Positions 29,421-38,199 are shown, counted from the first letter of the stretch. The stretch: DNA of 64,000 nucleotides from Phycisphaerales bacterium (GCA_020852275.1 JADZBE010000031.1:49250-113249); one strand, 5' to 3'. Made by a program: numbers and translations. The notes: generated by a model not told the origin, from the letters alone.

Positions 29421-29675
29421 TCACGCCTCCGGCGAGGCATCGGCCGGGAAGGGCACGTCAAAGGGGCGTTGCGTCACGTTGCCCTGGTCGTCGATCTGAA
29501 GCTGTTGAATGCGCATCTCCGCGCGGGCGAGCGTTTCGCGGCAGTGCTTGATCAGACCCATGCCCTCTTCGTAACGCGCGATGGACTCCTCCAGACCGAT
29601 GGCGCCTTCCTCGATCTGTTCGGCGATCGCCTCAAGTCGCTTGAGGGCTTCCTCGAACGTGGGTTTCTTCGCCAT
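29421..29675 (-). CDS. xseB: Exodeoxyribonuclease VII small subunit
   Basis: TFEEALKRLEAIAEQIEEG.IGLEESIARYEEGM.LIKHC...L..AE.RI. Confidence 0.95.
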   Translation of the reverse strand: MAKKPTFEEALKRLEAIAEQIEEGAIGLEESIARYEEGMGLIKHCRETLARAEMRIQQLQIDDQGNVTQRPFDVPFPADASPEA

Positions 29676-30975
29676 GCGCCGTCCCTTCGCCGGTGGTGGA
29701 AGTGTCGCCGTCGTAAGAAAAGATACTGGCCGCCCAGAGCATCAAGGTCAAGAGATACGAGCGGTAGATCCACGCCGTCTCGCGCAGCGGCATGGCCAGG
29801 AACAGCGCCGCCAGCAGCACGACCGGCAGCGCAGACCGTGCCGCGCCGATCGCGTTTCCCGCGCCCGTTGCATCCCCCGCACCCGCTGCGTTGCCGCCGC
29901 AGCTTGGTTTCAGCAGCCGCCGCAGCAGCTCGAACACGGGCACCAGCACCATACCCCACGAGTAACTCGCCATGCGCGGCGCCGTCACGGCGAACGTCAA
30001 CAGGCCCGCGTACACCCACCGGCGGTCCGTGCGGTTCTTCGGCAGCGAGCGGAAGGTGACCCAGCACATCAGCAGCGCGGTCAGCGGGTACACCGCCATC
30101 GCCGCGTAGCGCCGGTTGATGCCGTCGAACACGTCGTAAGGCCCCAGCACCATCATCAGCAGCTCGGTCCACAGCTTCAGCGCCGACGGGTTTCCCAGCC
30201 CGCTTTCGCCCGCCGCGATCGTAAGAGAGCTGCGGAAGTACTCGGTCGTCAGTGGCGCATCGTGCAGGTAAAGACCCGCGTAGATGAGCGCCTGCGCGGC
30301 GAGCGTCAGCCCCAGCCACAGCCATCGCCGCCGCACGGGCCGAAACCACAGCAGCCCCAGCAGCGCCAGCGGCGAAAGCTTGAACTGCGCTGCCAGCAGC
30401 ACCAGCAGGCAGAACACGCCCGGCGCTCCGCGCACCAGCGCGAGAATGCCGCTCCATACGGCGATCTGCTCGAACGCCGAGACGTTTCCCGCCGTCACGT
30501 CGCGCGCGACGGCCACGTCGATCCCCACCGCGGCGAACGCCAGGAACCAGCCGCGCGCGCCCTTCGGGATGAATCCCAGCGTCCACAGCGCCAGCAGCGC
30601 GGCGACGGTGACGAGCTTCACCTTCAGGTACAGCGTCTTGGAGGCCGCCGCGTCACCGCGATCAAACAGCGAAAAGAACGCCAGCGTGTGCGGGGGATAG
30701 GCGAAGGGGAACACAGTATGCCCCGCGAGGCGCGCCAGCTCCGCGGGTGCGTACGGGTTGCCTCCCGCCTGATGCACTTTCAGGCCGTAGTAGTAGCTGT
30801 CGAAGTCCCACTGCCATGCCGCTCCGCCCTCGGGGTTGAATGTGCGCTCGAAGAACGAAACGCTGCGCAAGGCGTGGACGACGAGGATGATCGCGGCGTA
30901 TCCCGCAATGCGCGAGAATCGCGGCGAAAGCAACGGGCAGCGCAGGCGGGGTTCGATGTCGTTCATCGGCGGCAT
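29632..30975 (-). CDS. DUF2029 / GT87-like multi-pass membrane glycosyltransferase
   Basis: WDFDSYY......GGNPY, FPFAYPPHTL, AGNVS, AAQFKLSP. The track start at 31179 runs through REP composite 5, so the start was reassigned to 30975. Confidence 0.78.
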   Translation of the reverse strand: MPPMNDIEPRLRCPLLSPRFSRIAGYAAIILVVHALRSVSFFERTFNPEGGAAWQWDFDSYYYGLKVHQAGGNPYAPAELARLAGHTVFPFAYPPHTLAFFSLFDRGDAAASKTLYLKVKLVTVAALLALWTLGFIPKGARGWFLAFAAVGIDVAVARDVTAGNVSAFEQIAVWSGILALVRGAPGVFCLLVLLAAQFKLSPLALLGLLWFRPVRRRWLWLGLTLAAQALIYAGLYLHDAPLTTEYFRSSLTIAAGESGLGNPSALKLWTELLMMVLGPYDVFDGINRRYAAMAVYPLTALLMCWVTFRSLPKNRTDRRWVYAGLLTFAVTAPRMASYSWGMVLVPVFELLRRLLKPSCGGNAAGAGDATGAGNAIGAARSALPVVLLAALFLAMPLRETAWIYRSYLLTLMLWAASIFSYDGDTSTTGEGTAHGEETHVRGSPQAT

Positions 30976-31049
30976 TGTATCGAACCGGCGCAGGTTGCCA
31001 GATGCCCGGTCCTGGCCGCGCTCGAAGGCTCGGAGTGAAAGCAGATATC

Positions 31050-31153
31050 CGTCATTCCCGCGCAAGCGGGAATCGAGTCCCGTCATTCCCGCGCAGGCGG
31101 GAATCCAGTGGTCTTGCGGCGCGTCCTGGCCCCCCGCCTTCGCGGGGGTGACG
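31050..31153. repeat. CGTC-tagged REP composite 5 (2 x A forward, B reverse)
   Basis: cgtcattcccgcgcaagcgggaatcgag, cgtcattcccgcgcaggcgggaatccag, ctggccccccgccttcgcgggggtgacg. Confidence 0.92.
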
Positions 31154-31189
31154 AGATCGAAGATTGGTTCCAAGTTCAACGCCAGCCCC

Positions 31190-31918
31190 TCAAGGCGAGG
31201 GGCGAAGCGGCCCGCCGCCGTCGAGCGTTCTTCTCAACTCCGCGACCAAGTTCGCATCGAATCGCCCAGCGCCGGTGCGCGGGTCGCGGCGGCGCGCGGA
31301 ACTGTGAACCTGCGTGCAGCCCGTCGCCGCGACGATGGCCTCGACATGGTGCGGACGGACGCCGCCGCCGGGCAGGATCTCAATCCGCCCGCCCGCCTGC
31401 TCGCGCAGTCGCCTCAGCAGCGTCAACGCCTCCGCATCCGCGGCGCACGCCGACCGCCCTGAGGTCAGCACGCGCGAGAAGCCCAACGAGACGAGCGCCT
31501 CCAACGCGGCAAACGGATCGCGCGCCTCGTCGAACGCCCGATGAAACACCGCCGGCCTGCCCCGCGAAGCCGCCACCAGCCGCCGACACGCCCGCGCGTC
31601 CACCTCCCCTTCGGTGGTCAGCGCGCCGAATACGAACCCATCCGCTCCGCGCCCGCGCAGCGCCGCCGCATCGCCCGCCATCTGCTCCAGCTCGTCCTCC
31701 GCATAGACAAAGCCGCCGGCGCGACACCGAATCATCACCAGCACGGGACACGCCACGCCCTGCCGCACGGCTTGAAACGTCTCCAGCCGCGGCGTGAGAC
31801 CTCCGACGTCAAGGCGTGCGCAAAGCTCCAGCCGATCCGCGCCGCAGGCTTCCGCTGCAAGGGCGTCCACCACGGAATCGACGGCGATTTCCAAGATGAC
31901 GCGCGAGAGGTCGGACAT
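31190..31918 (-). CDS. cutC: CutC family protein
   Basis: LEIAVDS, GADRLELCARLDVGGLTP, VMIRCRAGGFVY, GFVFGALT, VFHRAFD, RVLTSG, ILPGGGV. Confidence 0.93.
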   Translation of the reverse strand: MSDLSRVILEIAVDSVVDALAAEACGADRLELCARLDVGGLTPRLETFQAVRQGVACPVLVMIRCRAGGFVYAEDELEQMAGDAAALRGRGADGFVFGALTTEGEVDARACRRLVAASRGRPAVFHRAFDEARDPFAALEALVSLGFSRVLTSGRSACAADAEALTLLRRLREQAGGRIEILPGGGVRPHHVEAIVAATGCTQVHSSARRRDPRTGAGRFDANLVAELRRTLDGGGPLRPSP

Positions 31919-31986
31919 GTCGGTCGCTCAACGCGGATTCCAGGCCCAACCTTCGTGCGCGTGGCGTGGCGCCGGTGCGAAACGGA

Positions 31987-32850
31987 TCAACTCGATTGAC
32001 GGCGGATCATGAATTCCAAGGACTCCCATCCTTTCAACTGCGATTCCGAGAGTGTGGCCGGTCGGTTCGTTGCCATATGGTGCCGCACAGCTCGAAGGAG
32101 GCGACGCTGCTTGCGGCGCAGATTCGGACGCTGGTTTACAACGAGGCCGCCGACAACCTGGCACTGATGCCGCCTGCGAATGTGCAGTTTGCGCCCCTGA
32201 TGCAGGGTGTAGCCCTCGTTCTCGACGATGAGCTTGACGCATCGGATCAGACGCCCAATTTCACGCGGAACATCCGTGGACTTTGAAAACGCCATGTCGT
32301 CGGCGTAACGGCTGTACGCCGCGCCGAACCGCCGGGCGGCGGCTTCGAGTCGCGCGTCGAGCTTGAAATTGACGAGGTTGCTGAGCATCGGACTGGTCGG
32401 GGCGCCTTGGGGCAGCGATTCCTCCCACGTGGTGAGTTGGGTCAGCACGGCGGCGGCGTCCTTCGACCAACCGACGCGCCGGCAGTATTCCTGAACGCGT
32501 GCGGCCGGCGTGCAGGCGAAGAAGTCCTTCAAGTCCAGCGTGACAACGACCTCCTTGCCTGCGTGAAGCGAAGCATGGCCGACGATGGAGAATCCTCGGC
32601 GATAGGCAACCGCGCGGGGATGAACTTTCAACCGTGCCAGGACGCGATGCAGGATTCGCCGCTGAATCGCCTTGAGTTCAGGCTCGGGGATCTGCAAAAC
32701 GCGCCGGCCGCCGCGACGCTTCGGAATCTCGACCTTGCGATAGGCCGGCCGAATCGACCTGAGCGCCTCCACGCTCACGCCCGTCCGTCGCGCAAGTTCT
32801 TCCACGCCGAGACCGGAGCGCTTTCCCGTCAGAAAGTCGAGCAGACCCAT
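31987..32850 (-). CDS. Retron-type reverse transcriptase (287 aa)
   Basis: AGGAGG RBS; Y..VEIPKRRGGRRVLQIPEPELKAIQ, AVAYRRGFSIVGHASLH, LDLKDFF, LPQGAPTSPMLSN, YSRYADDMAFS, RRRHQCQVVGGLVVN. No maturase domain. Confidence 0.9.
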   Translation of the reverse strand: MGLLDFLTGKRSGLGVEELARRTGVSVEALRSIRPAYRKVEIPKRRGGRRVLQIPEPELKAIQRRILHRVLARLKVHPRAVAYRRGFSIVGHASLHAGKEVVVTLDLKDFFACTPAARVQEYCRRVGWSKDAAAVLTQLTTWEESLPQGAPTSPMLSNLVNFKLDARLEAAARRFGAAYSRYADDMAFSKSTDVPREIGRLIRCVKLIVENEGYTLHQGRKLHIRRRHQCQVVGGLVVNQRPNLRRKQRRLLRAVRHHMATNRPATLSESQLKGWESLEFMIRRQSS

Positions 32851-32901
32851 GCCGGCACTCCTCCTGCCGAGCAACAAAGCGGGCGCGAAGCATGCTCCGC
32901 G

Positions 32902-33017
32902 CCCACCCCATCCTGCATTGTTGCCAACAATCGACCGGCTCTCCGGTCGCAGCGAACTCACCCGGTTGACGAATCATCAACCCGTGCTCTGCATTTGAGC
33001 ACCACCAGGATGGTGAG
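32902..33017 (-). ncRNA. Candidate retron msr-msd non-coding RNA
   Basis: Flanking inverted repeat (33006-33013 vs 32908-32915, CCATCCTG/CAGGATGG) encloses four hairpins that tile almost the whole interval; unpaired G at 33005 (minus strand) directly after the 5' arm; immediately upstream of a retron-type RT. Confidence 0.65.
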
Positions 33018-33020
33018 TAT

Positions 33021-33049
33021 ATGTTGAAAACGCGGATCGCGCGCGTCAA
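33021..33049 (-). promoter_or_regulatory. Candidate sigma70 promoter for the retron transcript
   Basis: TTGACG (33049-33044), 17-nt spacer, CAACAT (33026-33021); this would place the start site near 33014, at the 5' inverted-repeat arm. Confidence 0.45.
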
Positions 33050-33067
33050 GCTGGCGACGATGGCTCA

Positions 33068-36000
33068 TCAGCGCAAGATGATGCTCAACGTCTCACCGGC
33101 AGAAAGTGCGAGCATCTGATTCAACTCGAATCGCACGCAGGCTCCGGATTGCTCGAAACGTCCAGCGACCGCGGCCGGACCGCATTCGAGCTTGATCGAG
33201 CCGACGCGAACACCTCCCGCGACCTCGAACCCAAGGCTCCTGAGGCGCAGGCGACCCTGTTCGATCCTGATTTGGCAGCGCTGCTCTCCACTTGCACGCT
33301 TCTGCGTGAACGTCCCCCATCCCTCGGCCGAGGTGAACGCCGCCTTGAAGTTCTCCGGCGAAAACTTTGGCGCGAACGCCAGATGTCCCTTCGGACCGTG
33401 GTGCTGGTAGCCCAGCGCCGCGAGGTACACGCCGAAGCCGGCCATGGCTCGGGCGTAGTGGCTGCTGCACTCCACTTCGTTGTACGGGTTGCGCTTCGAC
33501 GGGTGGTGGCGGTCGTGCAACATGCGGACGATCGCCAGACCCTCCTCGACCAGGCCTTCGCGGATCATGTGCGCCGCGACCTGGTATTCGTAGCCCGTCC
33601 AGCATTCGTTGAAATACACCGCCGCCCAGGCGTCGCCGCTCTTGCCGGCGGCGCTCTCGATGCCCCCGTGAGGCCAGGTGCACATCAGCACGCCGCCCTC
33701 GCCGGGCATGGCGTACCAGCGCCCGCCCTTGATGATCCTCTCAATGCGCGCGCGGTAGGTTCCGACGTCCGGCGTGAAGCAGTATTGGTAGATGGCCTGC
33801 AGCGCCGAGCGCGACGGCGCCGGCGGCACGATGCGCGGCAGGTCAAGCTGGTGCGCCCACGACTGACCGAGCAACTGGTCGGTGTGAATGCCGTCGCCGG
33901 TGTTGTTGGTTTCCGGATGCGCGGGATCGACGCGATGCACGAACGACTCGCCGTTGAACATCACTTCGACCATCCGCTTCGCGCCGGATTCGGCGACCTT
34001 GCGGCATGTCCCGGCGAACTCCGCGTCATTCATCTCCAGCGCCATCGCCTCGCCGGCGCGCACGGCCGCCAGGTACAGCGACGAAATCCACGGAATCGCG
34101 CCGTACCACGTGGTGTCGAGCGTGTTGTACTGCGCGTCGTCGAGGATGCCGTCGGCGTCCTTGTCGCGTGCGAGGAGCAGCTCCAGCGCCTTGCGCACGC
34201 GCGGATAGACGTTCTTGAGAAACGCGTCGTCCGCGGACATCTGGTGCTCGCGGTAGGCGCGGAGGATCGTGCCCGCCTGCCCATCCACCGCCAGTTCCTT
34301 GGCCGCCTCGCCGCGGTAGTCGATCTGACCGGTGTCGTCGTGGAAGCTCGCGCCAAAGTCGATCATCTCGCGCGTCGCGCGTTCAAGCTGCGGGAACGTC
34401 CGCGCGATGGCCTGCGCATACTGCCACACGTGCGTGCACGTGCCCGCGCAGCAGTACGTGCCTTCCCAGCCGTAGAAGCGCCCGTTGTTGAAGCGGTAGC
34501 ACGTTGCGGTGGCCAGCGTGGAGACGGTGGCGAACGTGCGGTCGAGGAACCAGTGGGGCAGCGTGGAGTCGTACCAGGTCTTGTGCCACAGGCGCGTCTG
34601 CGAGGTCAGGCGGTCGAAGTTCGCCAGCACGTAATCAAGGACGGCGTTTGCATCGGTAAACCGCGTGCCGTAGTGCCGGCGCAGCGATCGATGCTCCGTC
34701 AGGAAACTGAGCGAATCCCACCACAGCCCGTCGAAGTGCCAGGCGACGATGAAGGTGATCGTGCGCGATTCTCCGGGCTGAAGCAGGAAGCCGCCCAGCA
34801 GCGCGCTGACCGGCTTGTGCGCCGACCCTTCGGGGGTCGCGGTCGGGTCCGTGCCTGCGGGCGCGTCCAGCTTCTCGGTCGCGCTGCCCGGCAACCTCCG
34901 CACATCGACGTCGTCGATCATGAAGAAGTGGCCCAGGTTCGCCGTGCGCGCCGCGAGCGCGATCGTGCCCTGGTCCGGCAGCGATTCGAGCTTGACGTCG
35001 TCGCCGCGCTGCGTGTCGGTGAACACGATCTCATCGACGCCCACCTGTCCCCAGCTTCCCGTCCAGCCGTCCACGATCTGCAGCACGGCCAGCCGCCCGG
35101 CGAACTCCTTCACGTCGAAGTGCTCGACGCGCATCCGGTTATTGTTCGCGCCGGTGGCGGTTCGCACGACGGCGCCGTCGATCAGCAGGTTGACGCACGT
35201 TTGCGCCGGGTGATTGCCGCCGCCGATGCGAAGGCGGATGAAGTTCCGCTCGAGGGCGAACTCGCGGCTGCTGAGCGTGCCGATGTGCGTGTCGGCTTTG
35301 CCCACGTCTTCACCGTTGCGCGTCTGGTGCGTGTTGACGGTGCGCTCGCCCTGCGCGTTGAGGTCGCCCATGTAGGACGCGCGGTCTTTCACGACCACGG
35401 GACCGTCCCCGAAGGCTGAGCCGGTGACAACCCAGCCTTCGTACGCCGGCTTCTCGAAATCCTCGAACACGATGTCAGGCCGGTCCGAAGGCGCGGGTTC
35501 TTTCGCGGGTCCGGGTTCCGCGCGGCAGACCAAGGCCATCGCGTCGCGGATCTTCGCGCGGACGTTGCGCCGCTCGACGTTGATCTTGTCCCCCGCGGAG
35601 CCGGCGACCGTGTTCTGCAGCCAGCCGCTGATCGAGGCGTCCACGGCCTCCTGGCTTACGTTCTTGAGCGTGTAGTTGAGGATGACGCAAGGCAGGCCGG
35701 AATCGTCCGCGTTGCCCGGGATAAAAGGAGAAAACGCTTCGAGATCGACGGTCACCGGGACCGTGGGGTCGCGGTATTCAACGAAGCCGATGGGGTACTG
35801 ACCCTTGAACGTGATCTCCGGGAATCCGGTGACATCGAGCGGGCGTGTCACATCCCTGTCACCGATCTGGACGCGAAGGGCGAAGCCCTGCTCGATGGGG
35901 GAGCTGGGACGGACGGGGTTGGCGTAGTGCGGGCCTTGCGAGCTGCGCCAGTTGTCCGAGGCGGGGAGGTTGAAGATGTCCCAGTGCCACAGCTTGCCAT

Positions 36001-36436
36001 CGCCGCCGAGGTAGAGCTGCCCGGTGCAGATGCCGCCGATGGGCATGCCGATGAAGTACAGCTCGCCCTTGGAATGGCGATACACCGACGGCTCGCCGCG
36101 CTCGAAGAGCGAACGCACCCAGGCGGGGTCGAACTTCTTGTCCGCCGGGACGGGGAACGCGCCGAGGTCCGAGGATTCGAACGGTCCGGCGATGGCGCGC
36201 AGCGGCGCCGCGCAGCCGGAGAGCACCCCGCCCGCGCCGACGCCGGCGGCGGCGAGGAAGGCGCGGCGGCTCAGAGAGTCCGTCGGCGGAGCGCAGCAGG
36301 GCTGAAGATTCGCAGGACGGTCTGTTGCACCGGCGTCCGCGCTGACTGAGGTCCGCGGCTCGCTAGACGTGCATGCGCCGTCGCTGCAGCCGCAGGAAAC
36401 CGATCGCGGTTCAGACGCGTCGACAGGATTTGGCAT
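33068..36436 (-). CDS. Tat-exported GH116-like glycoside hydrolase with an inserted beta-sandwich domain
   Basis: SRRAFLAAAG Tat motif; GMPIGGICTGQLYLGGDG; YGWEGTYCCAGTCTHVW; QYNTLD; DQLLGQ.WA; ECWTG.EY; RNPYNEVECSSHYARAM. Confidence 0.85.
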   Translation of the reverse strand: MPNPVDASEPRSVSCGCSDGACTSSEPRTSVSADAGATDRPANLQPCCAPPTDSLSRRAFLAAAGVGAGGVLSGCAAPLRAIAGPFESSDLGAFPVPADKKFDPAWVRSLFERGEPSVYRHSKGELYFIGMPIGGICTGQLYLGGDGKLWHWDIFNLPASDNWRSSQGPHYANPVRPSSPIEQGFALRVQIGDRDVTRPLDVTGFPEITFKGQYPIGFVEYRDPTVPVTVDLEAFSPFIPGNADDSGLPCVILNYTLKNVSQEAVDASISGWLQNTVAGSAGDKINVERRNVRAKIRDAMALVCRAEPGPAKEPAPSDRPDIVFEDFEKPAYEGWVVTGSAFGDGPVVVKDRASYMGDLNAQGERTVNTHQTRNGEDVGKADTHIGTLSSREFALERNFIRLRIGGGNHPAQTCVNLLIDGAVVRTATGANNNRMRVEHFDVKEFAGRLAVLQIVDGWTGSWGQVGVDEIVFTDTQRGDDVKLESLPDQGTIALAARTANLGHFFMIDDVDVRRLPGSATEKLDAPAGTDPTATPEGSAHKPVSALLGGFLLQPGESRTITFIVAWHFDGLWWDSLSFLTEHRSLRRHYGTRFTDANAVLDYVLANFDRLTSQTRLWHKTWYDSTLPHWFLDRTFATVSTLATATCYRFNNGRFYGWEGTYCCAGTCTHVWQYAQAIARTFPQLERATREMIDFGASFHDDTGQIDYRGEAAKELAVDGQAGTILRAYREHQMSADDAFLKNVYPRVRKALELLLARDKDADGILDDAQYNTLDTTWYGAIPWISSLYLAAVRAGEAMALEMNDAEFAGTCRKVAESGAKRMVEVMFNGESFVHRVDPAHPETNNTGDGIHTDQLLGQSWAHQLDLPRIVPPAPSRSALQAIYQYCFTPDVGTYRARIERIIKGGRWYAMPGEGGVLMCTWPHGGIESAAGKSGDAWAAVYFNECWTGYEYQVAAHMIREGLVEEGLAIVRMLHDRHHPSKRNPYNEVECSSHYARAMAGFGVYLAALGYQHHGPKGHLAFAPKFSPENFKAAFTSAEGWGTFTQKRASGEQRCQIRIEQGRLRLRSLGFEVAGGVRVGSIKLECGPAAVAGRFEQSGACVRFELNQMLALSAGETLSIILR

Positions 36437-36593
36437 GAATCACCCTCGAGGGAAGGTCACGGCTCTTATTCCCGCTGCGCGAAGCGCATTCCACAGCGGG
36501 ACGGGCAGCGTGGCAAGCCGCAAAACCGGGCGCGCAAACCTGTCCCCTGGGTCGCCTCGCGGACCTGAGCCTCGTTTGTCCGGAGGAGCGGCG

Positions 36594-37976
36594 TCAGCGG
36601 CCCACGCTGGCGGCGATCGTCCATTGCAGTCCCCAGACGACCGTGCTCATCGTCGGCCCCAGCATGGCGCGCATGGCGCCTGTCCACAGCAGGATGATGA
36701 AGATCGGGATTTGGTACGGGCGGATGGCGTCGAAGAATCGCCCGATCGTCCGCGGATACAGGTTCCCGCAGACGTGCGAGCCGTCCAGCGGCGGGATCGG
36801 CAACAGGTTGAAGAACGCCAGACCCACGTTCATCAGCACCAGGATCGACAGCATCCGCAGCGCCGCCGTCCATACCGCCGCCCCGGGAAGCCCCGCGGCC
36901 TCCACCGAAGGCGACAGAAAGCGGTATTCCCAAATCGTCGCCTCGGGAAAGACCAGCCAGATTACGCGCCCGACCAGCAGGTACGCGCCCATGCCCGCGC
37001 AGGCGATCAGCAGGTTCGAGACGGGACCCGCGGCGGAAACGTAGATGTCCGAGATGCGGTGATACATCATGCGCGAGGGCATCACGGGCACGGGGCGCGC
37101 GTAGCCGAACGTCATGCCGGTGGTGAAGAACAGGATGGCCGGCAGCAGCACCGTGCCGAACGGGTCGATGTGCGCGAGCGGATTGAGCGTGACGCGCCCC
37201 AGCGAGCGGGCGTAGTCGTCGCCGTTCCACAGCGCGGTGATGGCATGCGCGCACTCGTGCACGGACAGCGACAGCAGCGAGACGACGATGGCGACCACGA
37301 CGTACACCATCATCGGCGGCTCTTGGCGCGCCGGTCGGGCCCGGGCGGAGGAGGGCGCGTCGGATATCTGCGGCGCGGTGATATCCGCGCGGCGAAGGCG
37401 CGGGCGCTGGCGGTCGGACGGCTTGAAAGTGGTCAAGCCCCAGACGGCCAAGTTGAAGAGGAGCCACAGCAGCGTGAAGCGGCGCATCGTGCGCACATGG
37501 GAGAAATCGCGCGACGGTCGCAGGCTTCTGCGTCCCAGCCCCAACATCACCAGCGACGCCAGGGCGAACGCCACGCCGTACACGGGGATGAACGCCGGCC
37601 CCGCCAGCAGCAGCGCCAACACCGTCGTCCGGTTCATCTTCGGAAAGAGCACGGGGCGGTCATCGGGCGGCGCTTCGGCGAAAGCGACGTCTCGCGGCGC
37701 GGCCGTGACGACGTGACCCAGGACTTCCGCCAGCGCCGCCCCCTCGGCGCCGACGAGAAAGCCCACGTCCCGCTGCGGACCGCAGAAGCGCGCGACGTAG
37801 CCCTCCTTGACCGCCGCAACGGAGACATCGAGCGGCCAGCGGTCGCGCGGGATCTCGAACGACTCCGTCTCACCGACGAGCCGAATGCCCGCGGCGTCCA
37901 GTTCGATGACCCACATTCCGCCCAGCGCGTCGCGCCAGTGAAAAGTCACTTGAACTGCCTGTCGCAGGATTTCCAC
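36594..37976 (-). CDS. Site-2 protease (M50) with an N-terminal soluble domain and extra TM helices
   Basis: VHECAHA (HExxH), NPLAHIDPFG, GYARPVP, SAAGPVSNL, FNLLPIPPLDGSH. Confidence 0.9.
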   Translation of the reverse strand: MEILRQAVQVTFHWRDALGGMWVIELDAAGIRLVGETESFEIPRDRWPLDVSVAAVKEGYVARFCGPQRDVGFLVGAEGAALAEVLGHVVTAAPRDVAFAEAPPDDRPVLFPKMNRTTVLALLLAGPAFIPVYGVAFALASLVMLGLGRRSLRPSRDFSHVRTMRRFTLLWLLFNLAVWGLTTFKPSDRQRPRLRRADITAPQISDAPSSARARPARQEPPMMVYVVVAIVVSLLSLSVHECAHAITALWNGDDYARSLGRVTLNPLAHIDPFGTVLLPAILFFTTGMTFGYARPVPVMPSRMMYHRISDIYVSAAGPVSNLLIACAGMGAYLLVGRVIWLVFPEATIWEYRFLSPSVEAAGLPGAAVWTAALRMLSILVLMNVGLAFFNLLPIPPLDGSHVCGNLYPRTIGRFFDAIRPYQIPIFIILLWTGAMRAMLGPTMSTVVWGLQWTIAASVGR

Positions 37977-38055
37977 CGTCTTGCTCCCCCCCCCACATCG
38001 GTTTCACAACGGCCTCCGCGATACGGCTTCGTTTCAGAGCCGCGTTTGCCTATCT

Positions 38056-38199
38056 GAGCCGCGACCGCAAGGGAGCGACCGTTTCATGCGCGAAGGACTG
38101 ATTCCTTTCGGTGCGGAGGATCATCTCCATCCGGCGCACCATGGCGTTTCCATCTGCCGCCTGCGGGCATCAGGACGCGCTTCCTTACGGTCGCGGCTC
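38056..38199. repeat. Inverted doublet of the GAGCCGCGACCG(T/C)AAGGGAGCG repeat family
   Basis: gagccgcgaccgcaagggagcg at 38056 and cgcttccttacggtcgcggctc at 38178; further copies at 47134, 58729 and 59799/59921. Confidence 0.85.

Noticed and set aside
30976-31179. N-terminal extension of the GT87-like ORF (also 45288-45635 of the DUF2961 ORF and 50771-51103 of the GlmU-like ORF)
   Set aside because: These extensions are read-through of REP composites, tandem repeats or intergenic DNA; better starts with family-typical N-termini lie downstream.
10078-32850. Diversity-generating retroelement (RT plus FGE/C-lectin target protein)
   Set aside because: The RT has retron-type motifs (LPQGAPTSP), no avd-like gene is present, and I found no near-identical template/variable repeat pair. 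The two FGE domains differ at all base types, not specifically at adenines.
31987-32961. Group II intron or CRISPR-associated RT, and the longer 324-aa start in the ORF track
   Set aside because: No maturase or endonuclease domain, no domain V-like hairpin and no cas genes. The upstream 37 codons overlap the structured RNA, whereas ATG 32850 has an AGGAGG RBS.
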